DNA of 64,000 nucleotides from an uncultured virus (IMG/VR IMGVR_UViG_3300029787_000017) (Duplodnaviria > Heunggongvirae > Uroviricota > Caudoviricetes), in the IMG/VR virus record IMGVR_UViG_3300029787_000017, positions 1 through 64,000 of that record; one strand, given 5' to 3'. This document shows positions 38,401 through 47,831 of the stretch, in pieces. Within the stretch, counting starts at the first letter, position 1; the number at the start of each line of letters is the position of its first letter. A program made the translations under genes and the position numbers. Under the pieces are notes generated by a model that was not told where the DNA came from, did not search any database, and was given only the letters and a program-made list of their open reading frames with translations.

Positions 38401-39064
38401 TCAAACAACCAATTCTTTCATTAAACTGAGGGTACAGCACACTATTTACTGCGCTTAGTCTTGCTAACTCAGGTTTGGTCCCCCCTCCATTAACAGTGCT
38501 GCTTGTGCTTATGGCTGAAATAGAGCAGTCTTGGTTTGTGCCTGAGAAAATAGTTCCACTTACATCACCTGAGTCGTAGTAATCTACATATTGATTTCCT
38601 AGAGCAGCCTCTCTACCTTTAATGGTTGATGAAGTTGTATAGCTTTTTACATAGTTTCTATTTATAATCTCAATAGAACCTTCTTCCTCTATCCTAAAAT
38701 CATGTAATTCTAACGTACCTAAATCTCCAAAGTTAGCAACCTCAATGAATACTGGGAACCTAATAACTTTTGGTAGAGATGCAATACAAGAACTCACAGA
38801 AGTGAAGATTCTAGAGTTTGCCTGTAGATCGGCAGTAGGCGCGTCGGCAGAAACCGAAAGTGCGAACCCTGGGACTGAAGACGTAGGGAAGCCTTGCTGT
38901 TCCCACAGTTCGTATGTTCTTTCTTCTAAATCATACAGGGGAACATTATCTTCTTCCCAGTTGTAGAACGTGCTGGTATCAAACTTAGACACATAAGGAG
39001 TCCAAGAATTAAATAGGGGAGTGCTCCCACTTGCTGTATAAATGTCGCCTCGAATAAATACCAT
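35414..39064 (-). CDS. Tailspike/fibre with a probable parallel beta-helix (pectin-lyase-like) region
   Basis: Repeated G..(V/L).NS.(V/I).L turns (GVQVHNSNVVL, GFYFDNSEVTL, GILAFNSHITL, GLELNNSTF, GLHASNSKLYL). Confidence 0.65.
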   Translation of the reverse strand: MVFIRGDIYTASGSTPLFNSWTPYVSKFDTSTFYNWEEDNVPLYDLEERTYELWEQQGFPTSSVPGFALSVSADAPTADLQANSRIFTSVSSCIASLPKVIRFPVFIEVANFGDLGTLELHDFRIEEEGSIEIINRNYVKSYTTSSTIKGREAALGNQYVDYYDSGDVSGTIFSGTNQDCSISAISTSSTVNGGGTKPELARLSAVNSVLYPQFNERIGCLNVGIKNPSATFLPGTPYRFGIETYEKAGTDNQLPITDVSAVDQYTGSRLLRDSLTVDKKVGGGIYGNSLAHLSVRNCVGPIYIRNFFVDGEAAVGGGGRQNGVQVHNSNVVLENCAAVRCNNAGFYFDNSEVTLSRSAFAYRNYSRDTATTRVPDKGTGILAFNSHITLSAVVSGTYSTDTEKRPPYAWNPGLDLPASGYDTIFSMSRNTVGLELNNSTFDGGLPRESVELPATGGFINLEMNTKKGLHASNSKLYLRGLLDIYGNKKGSELVNSNMRVEQLCVEDHTDEGILAKNTDIEYDTFTIDGDPASPGVTTGQAVRKQYDFRANAQHIVLRNQSSFNLKRKNHIPQYYGHMIFSGAHGVVNNADSIGFGVLPAIAVENNSYANFVHSTMQRDAAHVSQKTVSPGMLVAAKDSSEAEFFGTQTGATLLLGPNAYTKQQFVAGIAGQRQSKLGLHGPTCIAQFGIDALVEDNSTLNIGPPRVRDSFAVDGSGFDLSSGGNHTSVELHSTRACLVANNNSEINMNDCGDYHNFWGEFDQGRTMLALTQDYKTNDNLNLSGLIKNGSIQFYPNPQIAAGVAAAYLDDLGNAAGLNFTFSPFPTFTAKTRNNQYLITTDFLNSAKMTTQTLENVTLGGVCLRAVNGSKVNVTNVHFPVGTANSPMDGVVYNASGSVCDRLMIWNMADNSELKSAFTSVSGCYPSDVGYHGPSAIWTSALEAGNTAATAVHIPASGAPSGTPDTGILSVLDTFGNGSVSGLWQVPSGVGLNDPFGRFYPVSGIVNEDTAKRLHGAGLAVSGAYTRNPQTIYGSTGGSYNNQGLFRIYFSPNSCTKFLAHDATWGFAKGAFPHNGQPVHWETGAAYQVYSQGYNMSANVSAVVPVGDNSLSSLYPNLLKISDKNTGDPYVPAAIAMSGFYYCKEFLDDNPTQCFLDESGGNTFANSKNAAFGGSGRPKRATIYRSADQTTTGAEAYDGSAIKGFRSSNIFDLKRYN

Positions 39065-39065
39065 A

Positions 39066-39692
39066 TCAGAAATTAATTGTCCATCTAAATATTAAACTAA
39101 AATCACTAGTTTTTTCTATTGCTGTAAATGTTCTATACGCCGCAAGCATAGAACTATGAGGATCTATAGTGCCTAGAGGGTCTCTCAAAAACAATCCAAC
39201 TTCTGATAGGGATGCTGTCTCTCCTGCTGAATCAACGAGTCCATTCGCAGCCTCCTCATCTACGACTAGAGTGTATCTAACCGAAGTGTCATTAATCCTA
39301 GTAATTTTTCCTGCTGGTATCAAAGCGAAAGCATTATTAGATCCCCACGACCCTGTAGGGCGCACTAAGTTAGCTTCTTCAATAAACAGGTTGCTGCCTC
39401 CTCCGTACTGAGCGTATGTCAACTCTCCTGAGAGTTGATAAGTACTGCTCACCTCTAAAATGTCTGTAGGGACCCCTGTGGCGCGGCCCGAAGTTCCTAA
39501 CTGGAATCTATCAATTTGATAATCCAGGATATTATTTGACCCAGAACCTGTGAATAAGGCTGCTAATCCTGTACCCATACCTGACACAATAACATTGTGA
39601 TCGTCAAATACGACCTCTTCTTTACCGTCAGTATATTGTTTAACGATAGTTAAGTGTCCATTAATTCCTAGCTCTTCAGTAAAAGTTTTCAT
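39066..39692 (-). CDS. Baseplate/tail-collar fibre attachment protein
   Basis: HNVIVSG, LSEVGLF, AYRTF..IEKTSDFSLIFRWTI pattern. Confidence 0.65.
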   Translation of the reverse strand: MKTFTEELGINGHLTIVKQYTDGKEEVVFDDHNVIVSGMGTGLAALFTGSGSNNILDYQIDRFQLGTSGRATGVPTDILEVSSTYQLSGELTYAQYGGGSNLFIEEANLVRPTGSWGSNNAFALIPAGKITRINDTSVRYTLVVDEEAANGLVDSAGETASLSEVGLFLRDPLGTIDPHSSMLAAYRTFTAIEKTSDFSLIFRWTINF

Positions 39693-40870
39693 TTAAAATA
39701 TAATTTCCATTTTAGTTTTAAATCTCTATAGTGCGCTACTCCCGCATAGGTCTTTGCTGAAGCACTCTCTACAGTTCTAGCATAGCCTAGATTCTCAGTT
39801 AATGATTTTGTTGAAAACAGTCTATACTTCCTAGGATTATTTAGGGGATCAAACAAATAAGGAGGAGTATTTCCTTCTTGAAGAGTTTTTTTCATGTCAA
39901 TAGTCCAGAGACCCATGTTATATATACCTCCATAGAAATTAGAGAGACCTACATCTCCAGAGCCAATCATTACCTCATACACAATTTCCCCAGTGCTCGA
40001 CCAGCTTTCGCCTGAGTTTCTATTGTCTAAACTAGCAGATACAGTTAATCCACTGTATGAGCTACTTAGTTCGTAGCCTTGTGCGGCAGCATTCCCGCCA
40101 TGAGGAACACTAGACATTACCATATTTACAAAACCTGAAGTGTCCATGGATTCTGCTTCATTAAATATTCCTTTGTACACTCCAGAATACGCGACATCTC
40201 CAGGCAGGTAATTGCTCCCAGAGAATCCAGAAAACTGTGTTCCACCTGCACCGCTGCCTTCAGGCCAGCACCCTAGAAAAGATGCAGCTACAGACGAATA
40301 AGATGCTAGATCAGTATTATTAAAATGATTATAATGGTACTCACGAGGAACAAGATTTAAGTTCTGGCCGTTTCCTGCAACATAAGAACTCAAAATATAA
40401 GTGCTTAACACAGCAGAAACATCACTTCCCATCTCTAGGGAACTCATTGCAGGATTGGGAGGAGAGGTAAGTGCTGGCACTGGATCGTAAGAACTCACCA
40501 TCGCATAATTAAGTGCCGCACCGCTTTGCTTAATACCGTCTCCACCGTGCCTCATAAAAGCGCAAACCGCTGATGCTCCTCTAAACTTTGCTCCTGATGT
40601 TCCTGATAAAAGGGCAGCCTTATCTTCCGTGTACTCATGTGCATTCTGTTGATAGGATTGTTCTGCTGTCCCAAACGAAATAGCAGCAATGCGGTAGTTT
40701 GAAGCATCTAAGATGGCTTTGGTTGCCAAAGTAGTGTCTTCTCCTAAAGCTGAAACGGAAGGAGAGATTGTCATAATGTCAGCCATTAACTGGCTGGCTC
40801 CATCCATTATTAAGTTACTTTCTTTATGAATTAACTCGTCGCCTTCATAGATCTCTACTTCACCTCTCAT
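39689..40870 (-). CDS. Baseplate protein, likely paralog of 39066..39692
   Basis: Similar N-terminus (GEVEI...SNLIMDG) and C-terminus (LKLKWKLYF vs LIFRWTINF). Confidence 0.55.
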   Translation of the reverse strand: MRGEVEIYEGDELIHKESNLIMDGASQLMADIMTISPSVSALGEDTTLATKAILDASNYRIAAISFGTAEQSYQQNAHEYTEDKAALLSGTSGAKFRGASAVCAFMRHGGDGIKQSGAALNYAMVSSYDPVPALTSPPNPAMSSLEMGSDVSAVLSTYILSSYVAGNGQNLNLVPREYHYNHFNNTDLASYSSVAASFLGCWPEGSGAGGTQFSGFSGSNYLPGDVAYSGVYKGIFNEAESMDTSGFVNMVMSSVPHGGNAAAQGYELSSSYSGLTVSASLDNRNSGESWSSTGEIVYEVMIGSGDVGLSNFYGGIYNMGLWTIDMKKTLQEGNTPPYLFDPLNNPRKYRLFSTKSLTENLGYARTVESASAKTYAGVAHYRDLKLKWKLYFK

Positions 40871-43800
40871 CTAATTTACCACCTCTAAATCTTTAGCCTG
40901 GTTACTTAATGGAGTAGAACCAGCTATTGCGGCCTGGTAAGCAAACAATGGGTTCCAAGAGGGATGTAAACGATAGTTTAATCTACTTCCTCCTTCACGA
41001 CCCATAACTTTGAAAGTCGCCTCCTTATCTCTCGACGCAAGGACAGTCTGGTATGTTCCCACACCAGAGCCCATTAAGCCTGTAAAGAATTTTAATACTC
41101 CTTGCAATTCTTGTTTATCCAGTTCAATCTTATCTTCTTTAACGAAAGGTCTAAATGGAGTTCCTAAAGTTCTTACTCCCGTATTAGTTCCAATCGCTGC
41201 ATTCTCTCTTTGAGTTACATCTTGTAGTTTAATATCGTCAACCAAAAGATACTTACTCTCATCAGCGGTTGGGAGAAGGAAAACCTCTACATAGTAGTTT
41301 GTTTCATCCGTATGAACCCCATCATCTGCTTTGTAAACCTGCTCAGGGACAGGTATTACTTGTAAGTACTCCATGTTATTATAGATAGATCTATTTCTAG
41401 TGTCAAATTTAATATTAAGATTAGTAAATTCTTCAGACTGTATATCTTTTAAAGAAGTATTATTAATTCTAAGGGAACCGTATGCATCAATATTGCCTAA
41501 GCAAGCTTTATTTTCTCCGAACCTCTGATCTCTAGTGTAGTTGGGGAAGGTGTGAATAAAGGCCAGTTCATTTTTAACCTTAGAGATGCTCAACTCGCCC
41601 TCCTTATGCCACACCCAGCGACCATCCGCTAACCTATTCCCTTCTGAAACTAATGGAGAGTAGTTAGGAACGAAGCTCCACATATATCCTTCTGTTGGGT
41701 TAGTATGAATCCATACACCCATACTCTCTCCTCCTAGATTATTAGTGTTTTCTTCTGCAACCAAAGCACTAATGTCTAAAGAGAATACATGCTCTGGAAC
41801 AAGATGATTAGCTCTAGGGCCATAAGATGACAAATCAAATCTCATCCTGGGAAGGCCGCTTCGGGATTTTTGTTTGATTACAGTGTTATTAATTAAGAAA
41901 TTCTCTTGTCCAGCTTCTGCAAAAGCTTCATTTAATTTAAATATTCTAAACTCATTTGATGAAGGAGCACCTGAGGTTTGCACAAACTCCACACCACTTA
42001 ATATTTCAGCATTTCTAAACTCAGCGTTTAGACTCTTGCCTGGAGTAAACTCCCCAGAGAGAGGAAGCACCATATCATTCACCGCACTAGCAATATAGGT
42101 TCCTGATGCATAACCATTAGCAACCGTAGATGCGTACACCGCTGAAACCGAGAAAACACCTGAGGGTCCCCCCGCAATAGCAATGGAGTTTTCTGTGCTT
42201 GATGCAATAAAGTTTCCTAGTAACCCATTATGGCTTGTGGTGTTGGCAAATCTTCCTGCAATCTTAAAGTTTGAATTATACAGAGCCCTGCCAAAAACTT
42301 GAGCAAAGATGTTTGGGCCTGTCTCCTCTAAAGAATTTGCGCCTATGGGATGTCTTTCGTAGAAAGTGCAATAATCTTTAAAGGTTTTGTGTAGTCCTCT
42401 TCCAAACTTAAAGTCTCTGTAGGTTGCAAAAGTGTCTCCTGTATATCCACTAGCTATGGCAGAGTTAGCTATGGATTGTTCAGCATTCCACCAATCAGAA
42501 CTAGCGGAGTAAGCAGAAGGGTCACTAGCTATTAGTTCTCTAGCCGTAGCTAATGCAAGTTTCTCATTTACACTGTGCATGGCGGCATATATAGCAGGTA
42601 GCTGACCCCTATCTTGGTGGTGAGCTTGGCCTCCCACTGTGGTTACAGTATATATTTGGAAATAGTCTGTGGCAGCAGCACCTAAGGTAGCACCATCTCC
42701 ATAAACATAAACTACGTCAACCTCATAATACCAAGCATTAGCTGCTGTCGCGTTAGTAGTCTTTTTTAATTCTGGGGCATCTGTCACTCTATATACAAGC
42801 CTCTCAGACTCATCGCCTCCTGCTGTAGCTACTGCGGCAATCTTATCACCCACCACAAGGTTGCCTACGGATAACCCAGGTAAGTTGACCGCAGATGCTC
42901 CGTGATGAATACCGTCTTGATCTTTAACTCCTATTTTTATGGTGGTTGTAGATGTTCCTGCTAAATTAACCCTACCATTAGTATTAGTACTACCCCAACC
43001 AGACATCCATCTATAGTTTCCTATATTATTCCATCGCTCTTCGCCCACTCCTACAAGAGGAGAGGAGCTTAATCCACGGTAGGGGTATGTCCTGCTCGTA
43101 GCAGCCCCTGAGAAGCTCCGTGGTGAGTCCAAATCTTCACATTGATCCCAAACACCTGATAAACTCGCAGCGTCCTGAACGGGGTAGAAGGCGTTAGCGG
43201 AGTAGAGGTAACCTAAGGTTAATTCTCCAAGCCCAGAACCTGCTATGCTGTCATAGCCACCAAACTCCATCGTAGAGGCATCCCAGTTAGTAGGAGCATT
43301 AAAACCTCCCCGATCATAATAACCTTCTTCAGGTAATGTGAATCGGAAATTTCTTCTTCTTAAAGATCTTCTAGGGGCAGCAGTAGTTACGACTGAAGAG
43401 GATATTAATCTATCATCGAATGTATCTACGTTATCTCTTTTAAAGGTATTAAAGGCGTCCCTTCCGTGATGAGATCCTGGAGGACCTGTCATTAGAACCC
43501 CGCTTGCTTCAAACCCCTGCATTACGCCTGATGGATTTCCGCTTGATCCAGCATCAGTGTGGTCTAGTCCAGCGTAGTCCCAGTCTGTAGAAGACACGGA
43601 GTACTCTTCTGAAGCAGAAGCGTTAAGATTAATGCGAGGAATTGCGTGAGCAGGTACAAACTTTTTTATAACTCTAGATGCTTCAAAAAAGGAGGTCTTA
43701 GAGTCTCCTTCTAATGTAGTTTTAGCAAAATCAAAATCATCACTCTCATAATCAACAAACAAATGAGAGGATTTACCATTCCACAAACCTAAAACATCAT

Positions 43801-45757
43801 AAGGATATTTATTTATGTCTCGCAGAATAGAGTTATAGTTAGGAGGATTCTGAGAGGATAGATCAAAGAACAACCACTCATTTAAATTGCCAAGATTTGA
43901 TTCTGCTGTAACGACACTGCTTAAGACATAATCATGAAGACTGTCCGCAAAAGAGGGTTTTACGCCGAAGCACTCTAAGCGATCCTTTAAGTACGACAGC
44001 ATATTTTCAGTTATACTACTGTCTTTATAATATTTAATTTCTTCAAAGGGTGGAATAGGATAGTTTTCTCTATCTCTAAATGAGTAAACGAAGTAAGGAT
44101 CTCCTGTTGCAGATAAGTAGAGTGGCCGCTCTCCTTGAGGATGGCCTTCTCCAGCCATATATACTCCTAAACCAAAAGGTCCATAGGAGATAGAGCCTTG
44201 CCACTTCTTTAACTCACCATTCTCTTTTGCTTCTTGTCTTAGTGCTCTATAATTGCGATCAGCCCTAGAGTGGAAATGATAAGGTTTAGCTTCAGGCTCA
44301 TAAATTAAAGTATATAAATCACCAGGAGTACCGTCGCTATTAACTTCTACAAATTTGTATACAGGAAACTTGTCTCCAAAGAATATGAAGTTGTCTGGGT
44401 AAGCTTTATAAAGGTCTAGTAATATAGAGTCTACAGCTAACTTAATATTCTCAGTTAGGCTCGTAGGGTTATAAGCATAAACCCCTGAACGGTTCGATTT
44501 CTCTAGTGTCCAATCAGAAAACTTAGCGAAGTGTGAGGATTCAGTAGCCAACGCAAACCAGCACAAGAAAGGAAGGTAGGACTCCCATAGCTCCTGTACA
44601 TTGCCAGATACATCCATAACTGAATTCGAAATTAGCGAATTCATTACATACTGAATACTGTCTAGTGTTCCCTTTCGCTTGTATACTTCTACAGCATTGC
44701 GTAGCTGGTGTCTCCATTTGTCGGTTGAGTTTCCGAAAAGCTTCCAGCCAACTAACTGAGCCACATACTGTAAGTATTCATCAGGAACATTTTCAATGTC
44801 GTAAATAAGATCAAGCTCATCGACTTGATCCATTACGTCAGCCATACCAAAACCAATAGCCTCAAAGAACTTTCTTTGTGGCCCTAACGAAGCCTTAGTG
44901 TTTAACTTTGTTCCAGCAGAGATAAAATTATCCAGAGCATCTTTTACAGTAAAATCTTGATTATCTATGTAAAGAGGTGAATAGATAACCTCTAACATAG
45001 TCTCTAGCTTTTCTAAGTTTTGAAGACCGCTAGTGTAAGTTGCGGTTCCAGATAAGTAATCAGTAGGTATAAATGCAGAAAAAGAAGAACTTAAATCATA
45101 ATTTCTAAAGACTAAATTCGTTAAACCCTTTACTCCATCAACAGTAGTTAAGTCCTTACCTAGGTACAATCCATTGTATGCTGACAAGACGAACGAAGAT
45201 GGATCCCAGTCTCTGTTAAGATCGGCTCCTGCTGAAGTGTTAAGAAAGTAGAACCAGCCTAGTGCGTCTGTCAAATAGTTATGAATAGAACTAGGTTCTA
45301 GACTAGAGTTGAGAGCGGAGATAGTTGATATATTATCTCGCAAACTACTAGGATCGTTCTGAATACTTGGAAGAAGAGTTCCTGATAGATAAGTATTGAA
45401 AGATGCGCTGGTTGAGAAATCCGTTAGACTTTTTCCTAGCGGGTTAAGAATTTTGGTTTCAAAAGTATAGGGAGTAATGTTTGTCAGGTTATTCTGTTTA
45501 ACAAAAAACGGAGCGATGCCTGAGATGTTCCCCATGCTTGAGGTTTCTGAGTATGGGACTGCCGAGATAGGTAATACGGTAGCGATTGAGTCTGCTAGGA
45601 AAAGATTAGAATTAATAATGTTAGACGTATTACCTAACCCCTGGCCGCTCAAAGAGATATCTTCATTCTGATATACTTTAGGAGTGATGTTATCTAAGAG
45701 ATCAACGAAATTTCTCTTTCCGTAAACTCTTTTTTTGGGGTTAAACGAATCAGCCAT
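40871..45757 (-). CDS. Large baseplate wedge protein (gp7 / P2 gpI-like region)
   Basis: YDIENVPDEYLQYVAQLVGW...QLRNAVEVYKRKGT motif; follows gp6-like gene. Confidence 0.7.
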   Translation of the reverse strand: MADSFNPKKRVYGKRNFVDLLDNITPKVYQNEDISLSGQGLGNTSNIINSNLFLADSIATVLPISAVPYSETSSMGNISGIAPFFVKQNNLTNITPYTFETKILNPLGKSLTDFSTSASFNTYLSGTLLPSIQNDPSSLRDNISTISALNSSLEPSSIHNYLTDALGWFYFLNTSAGADLNRDWDPSSFVLSAYNGLYLGKDLTTVDGVKGLTNLVFRNYDLSSSFSAFIPTDYLSGTATYTSGLQNLEKLETMLEVIYSPLYIDNQDFTVKDALDNFISAGTKLNTKASLGPQRKFFEAIGFGMADVMDQVDELDLIYDIENVPDEYLQYVAQLVGWKLFGNSTDKWRHQLRNAVEVYKRKGTLDSIQYVMNSLISNSVMDVSGNVQELWESYLPFLCWFALATESSHFAKFSDWTLEKSNRSGVYAYNPTSLTENIKLAVDSILLDLYKAYPDNFIFFGDKFPVYKFVEVNSDGTPGDLYTLIYEPEAKPYHFHSRADRNYRALRQEAKENGELKKWQGSISYGPFGLGVYMAGEGHPQGERPLYLSATGDPYFVYSFRDRENYPIPPFEEIKYYKDSSITENMLSYLKDRLECFGVKPSFADSLHDYVLSSVVTAESNLGNLNEWLFFDLSSQNPPNYNSILRDINKYPYDVLGLWNGKSSHLFVDYESDDFDFAKTTLEGDSKTSFFEASRVIKKFVPAHAIPRINLNASASEEYSVSSTDWDYAGLDHTDAGSSGNPSGVMQGFEASGVLMTGPPGSHHGRDAFNTFKRDNVDTFDDRLISSSVVTTAAPRRSLRRRNFRFTLPEEGYYDRGGFNAPTNWDASTMEFGGYDSIAGSGLGELTLGYLYSANAFYPVQDAASLSGVWDQCEDLDSPRSFSGAATSRTYPYRGLSSSPLVGVGEERWNNIGNYRWMSGWGSTNTNGRVNLAGTSTTTIKIGVKDQDGIHHGASAVNLPGLSVGNLVVGDKIAAVATAGGDESERLVYRVTDAPELKKTTNATAANAWYYEVDVVYVYGDGATLGAAATDYFQIYTVTTVGGQAHHQDRGQLPAIYAAMHSVNEKLALATARELIASDPSAYSASSDWWNAEQSIANSAIASGYTGDTFATYRDFKFGRGLHKTFKDYCTFYERHPIGANSLEETGPNIFAQVFGRALYNSNFKIAGRFANTTSHNGLLGNFIASSTENSIAIAGGPSGVFSVSAVYASTVANGYASGTYIASAVNDMVLPLSGEFTPGKSLNAEFRNAEILSGVEFVQTSGAPSSNEFRIFKLNEAFAEAGQENFLINNTVIKQKSRSGLPRMRFDLSSYGPRANHLVPEHVFSLDISALVAEENTNNLGGESMGVWIHTNPTEGYMWSFVPNYSPLVSEGNRLADGRWVWHKEGELSISKVKNELAFIHTFPNYTRDQRFGENKACLGNIDAYGSLRINNTSLKDIQSEEFTNLNIKFDTRNRSIYNNMEYLQVIPVPEQVYKADDGVHTDETNYYVEVFLLPTADESKYLLVDDIKLQDVTQRENAAIGTNTGVRTLGTPFRPFVKEDKIELDKQELQGVLKFFTGLMGSGVGTYQTVLASRDKEATFKVMGREGGSRLNYRLHPSWNPLFAYQAAIAGSTPLSNQAKDLEVVN

Positions 45758-47367
45758 CAGTCTAAGTACTCAAAATTTATAGTTAAGTTGTTTAGCTGAA
45801 TAATCTCATTAAAATCAACTTGTATATTATTCGTCAAGTTATCAATTGAGGACATCCTGACAACATCTACCTCAAAAATAGTTCTGTTAAGATCACTTAA
45901 TACAAGTGCTTGCCCAAAATCTCTATTATCAGAATTCATATAATTTAAAACTTTATTCCTGAGTTCTGAGATAATTATACTTTGATTTTGTTTTTCTTCT
46001 TTATCAACACTTACAGTAACCACAAGATCCAATGTTCTAATTAAACCGTCTACAATCACAACCTCATCTGTTGCCATTTTTTTCTTATTAATATCTGTTA
46101 ATAGATTTCGTTTAAACGCTGGGGTTGCTTTCTGTAGTTGAAGGTCAGATGCTTTCTCTAAAATGTAAATATCTATAACATTGGCAGAGGAAAAGGCTTT
46201 TCTTGTTACAGCATTAGCTTTCCCAACAGTTCCAATCTTGCTAATATAAGTGTTAGCGAAAACAGTATAATCCTCCAAGGTTACAATCCTATCTTGCCTA
46301 GCAAAGGTTAAAGGGGCATACTTCTTAGCATGTTCAATAGACTCAGCATTTGCGCCCCCTGCGGCTATGGAAGTATTAAGAACTTGAGCAGTGGTATTTG
46401 CACCATTCGTTGTACCGTCTACTGTAAGGCTTATGGATTCAGGAAGAAGGTTTCCTCTAGCTCCACCACCTACTCGATAGGTGACAAGATAATTCGAAGA
46501 ATCGTTAGGGGACACTCCTACGGTCCCGTCTCCGAAAACTACAGTAGCAGCAAAGTTATCGTCATACAGTATCTCAAATATCTTATCCGAGGTACCTGAA
46601 GCAAAGTAAACATTATCTACTTCAGAGTAAGCTCCTGAAGCTGCTGATTGGGTGTCAGTAACAAAAACACTAACGCTACCCTCTACGACAGGTGACTGAG
46701 TTAGGGGGATCGTTTTAATACCTTCCGTTGCAGCAAACTCCCCAGAGTCGGTAACAAAAGCTCCCTCTTGAAGAACTAGATTTGAGTATACGCTGCTGGG
46801 GTTTGTTCCTGCTCCAGGATTATCTGATTCATTCCAATATAAAGTTAAGTCTCCTGTGGCGTTTGCATCATCTAAATAACCATTAACAGTTTTGTAAAGC
46901 GTGTAGGTGACTGCCGCGCCATCAAGAGGCGAGTTAACTGTTACAATTCTTTGAGAGGGTGTCAGAACGAAAGAAGGCACTGTACCAGCAGGGCTTCTAT
47001 CGAAGGTCGCCCTAGCGTCTGCTGCTGCTGACAAAGGACCTCTCATTCTAACTCCAATTAGCTCAAGTAATTTTTTAACACTCTTCTTTTGTCTTGCAGT
47101 TGCAAAGAAGTTTTCGTTAGCAAGCATGTCTGCCTTCATAGACATTACGGAACCCATATATGCTACAGTCTCTAGTAGCATCATACCTAAGTCTGACTCT
47201 GCAAAGTAGTCGTAATCTAAAGGATAGACTGCCTTAACGTATTTAATTAAGGAATCTCTTAGTGTTAAAAAATCACTAGCCGCAAAATCTATATATTGAG
47301 GCTTTTTCCATGTTGGAATCTTCGCCAACTTCATATAGTCTGAAGCAACTGTGCCTGAAAAACTCAT
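45757..47367 (-). CDS. Baseplate wedge protein (T4 gp6 / P2 gpJ-like)
   Basis: DF..LR..L, NENFFATA, FGDGTVG..P, YRVGGG..GN, GGANAES, QDRIVTLEDY. Confidence 0.92.
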   Translation of the reverse strand: MSFSGTVASDYMKLAKIPTWKKPQYIDFAASDFLTLRDSLIKYVKAVYPLDYDYFAESDLGMMLLETVAYMGSVMSMKADMLANENFFATARQKKSVKKLLELIGVRMRGPLSAAADARATFDRSPAGTVPSFVLTPSQRIVTVNSPLDGAAVTYTLYKTVNGYLDDANATGDLTLYWNESDNPGAGTNPSSVYSNLVLQEGAFVTDSGEFAATEGIKTIPLTQSPVVEGSVSVFVTDTQSAASGAYSEVDNVYFASGTSDKIFEILYDDNFAATVVFGDGTVGVSPNDSSNYLVTYRVGGGARGNLLPESISLTVDGTTNGANTTAQVLNTSIAAGGANAESIEHAKKYAPLTFARQDRIVTLEDYTVFANTYISKIGTVGKANAVTRKAFSSANVIDIYILEKASDLQLQKATPAFKRNLLTDINKKKMATDEVVIVDGLIRTLDLVVTVSVDKEEKQNQSIIISELRNKVLNYMNSDNRDFGQALVLSDLNRTIFEVDVVRMSSIDNLTNNIQVDFNEIIQLNNLTINFEYLD

Positions 47368-47831
47368 TGTATTGTTATCTCCTCAGTAAAAACTGTCTGC
47401 TGTTCATCATTCATCTGCAACAAAAGAATAATACGCAACTCTGAAGTGCCTACACCTCCTACATCGCCTCCTGACAATATAGAAATCTTCCTAACTGTAG
47501 CCCCATCTAAATAGTTATGGCACGAGTGTAATATTTCCTCTTTTATAGCGGTGAAAGTGCGCTGATCCAAGGGCTGGAAAAGGAATTTTTTTAGGTTGCA
47601 TCCAAACTTAGGCAACATCACCCTCTCCCCGCGTTCTGTCAGTAGGATCTGATGGAGAGCCATGCGTATTTTACTTATTCCTGTTGAGTTGGAAAAGAAC
47701 CCGCCTGTATTTCTACGAATTCCAAGAGGAAAAGCTAGACCTAACCCTCCTTGTCGTTTATCAGAGATAAAGTCTTTTGTCGTAGGAGTGTAATCGGCTC
47801 CGTAATATGATGTTGTGCTATTGTTTCCCAT
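47364..47831 (-). CDS. Sheath initiator / baseplate wedge (T4 gp25 / gpW-like)
   Basis: ILLTERGERVMLPKFGCNL..FLFQP. Confidence 0.92.
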   Translation of the reverse strand: MGNNSTTSYYGADYTPTTKDFISDKRQGGLGLAFPLGIRRNTGGFFSNSTGISKIRMALHQILLTERGERVMLPKFGCNLKKFLFQPLDQRTFTAIKEEILHSCHNYLDGATVRKISILSGGDVGGVGTSELRIILLLQMNDEQQTVFTEEITIQ

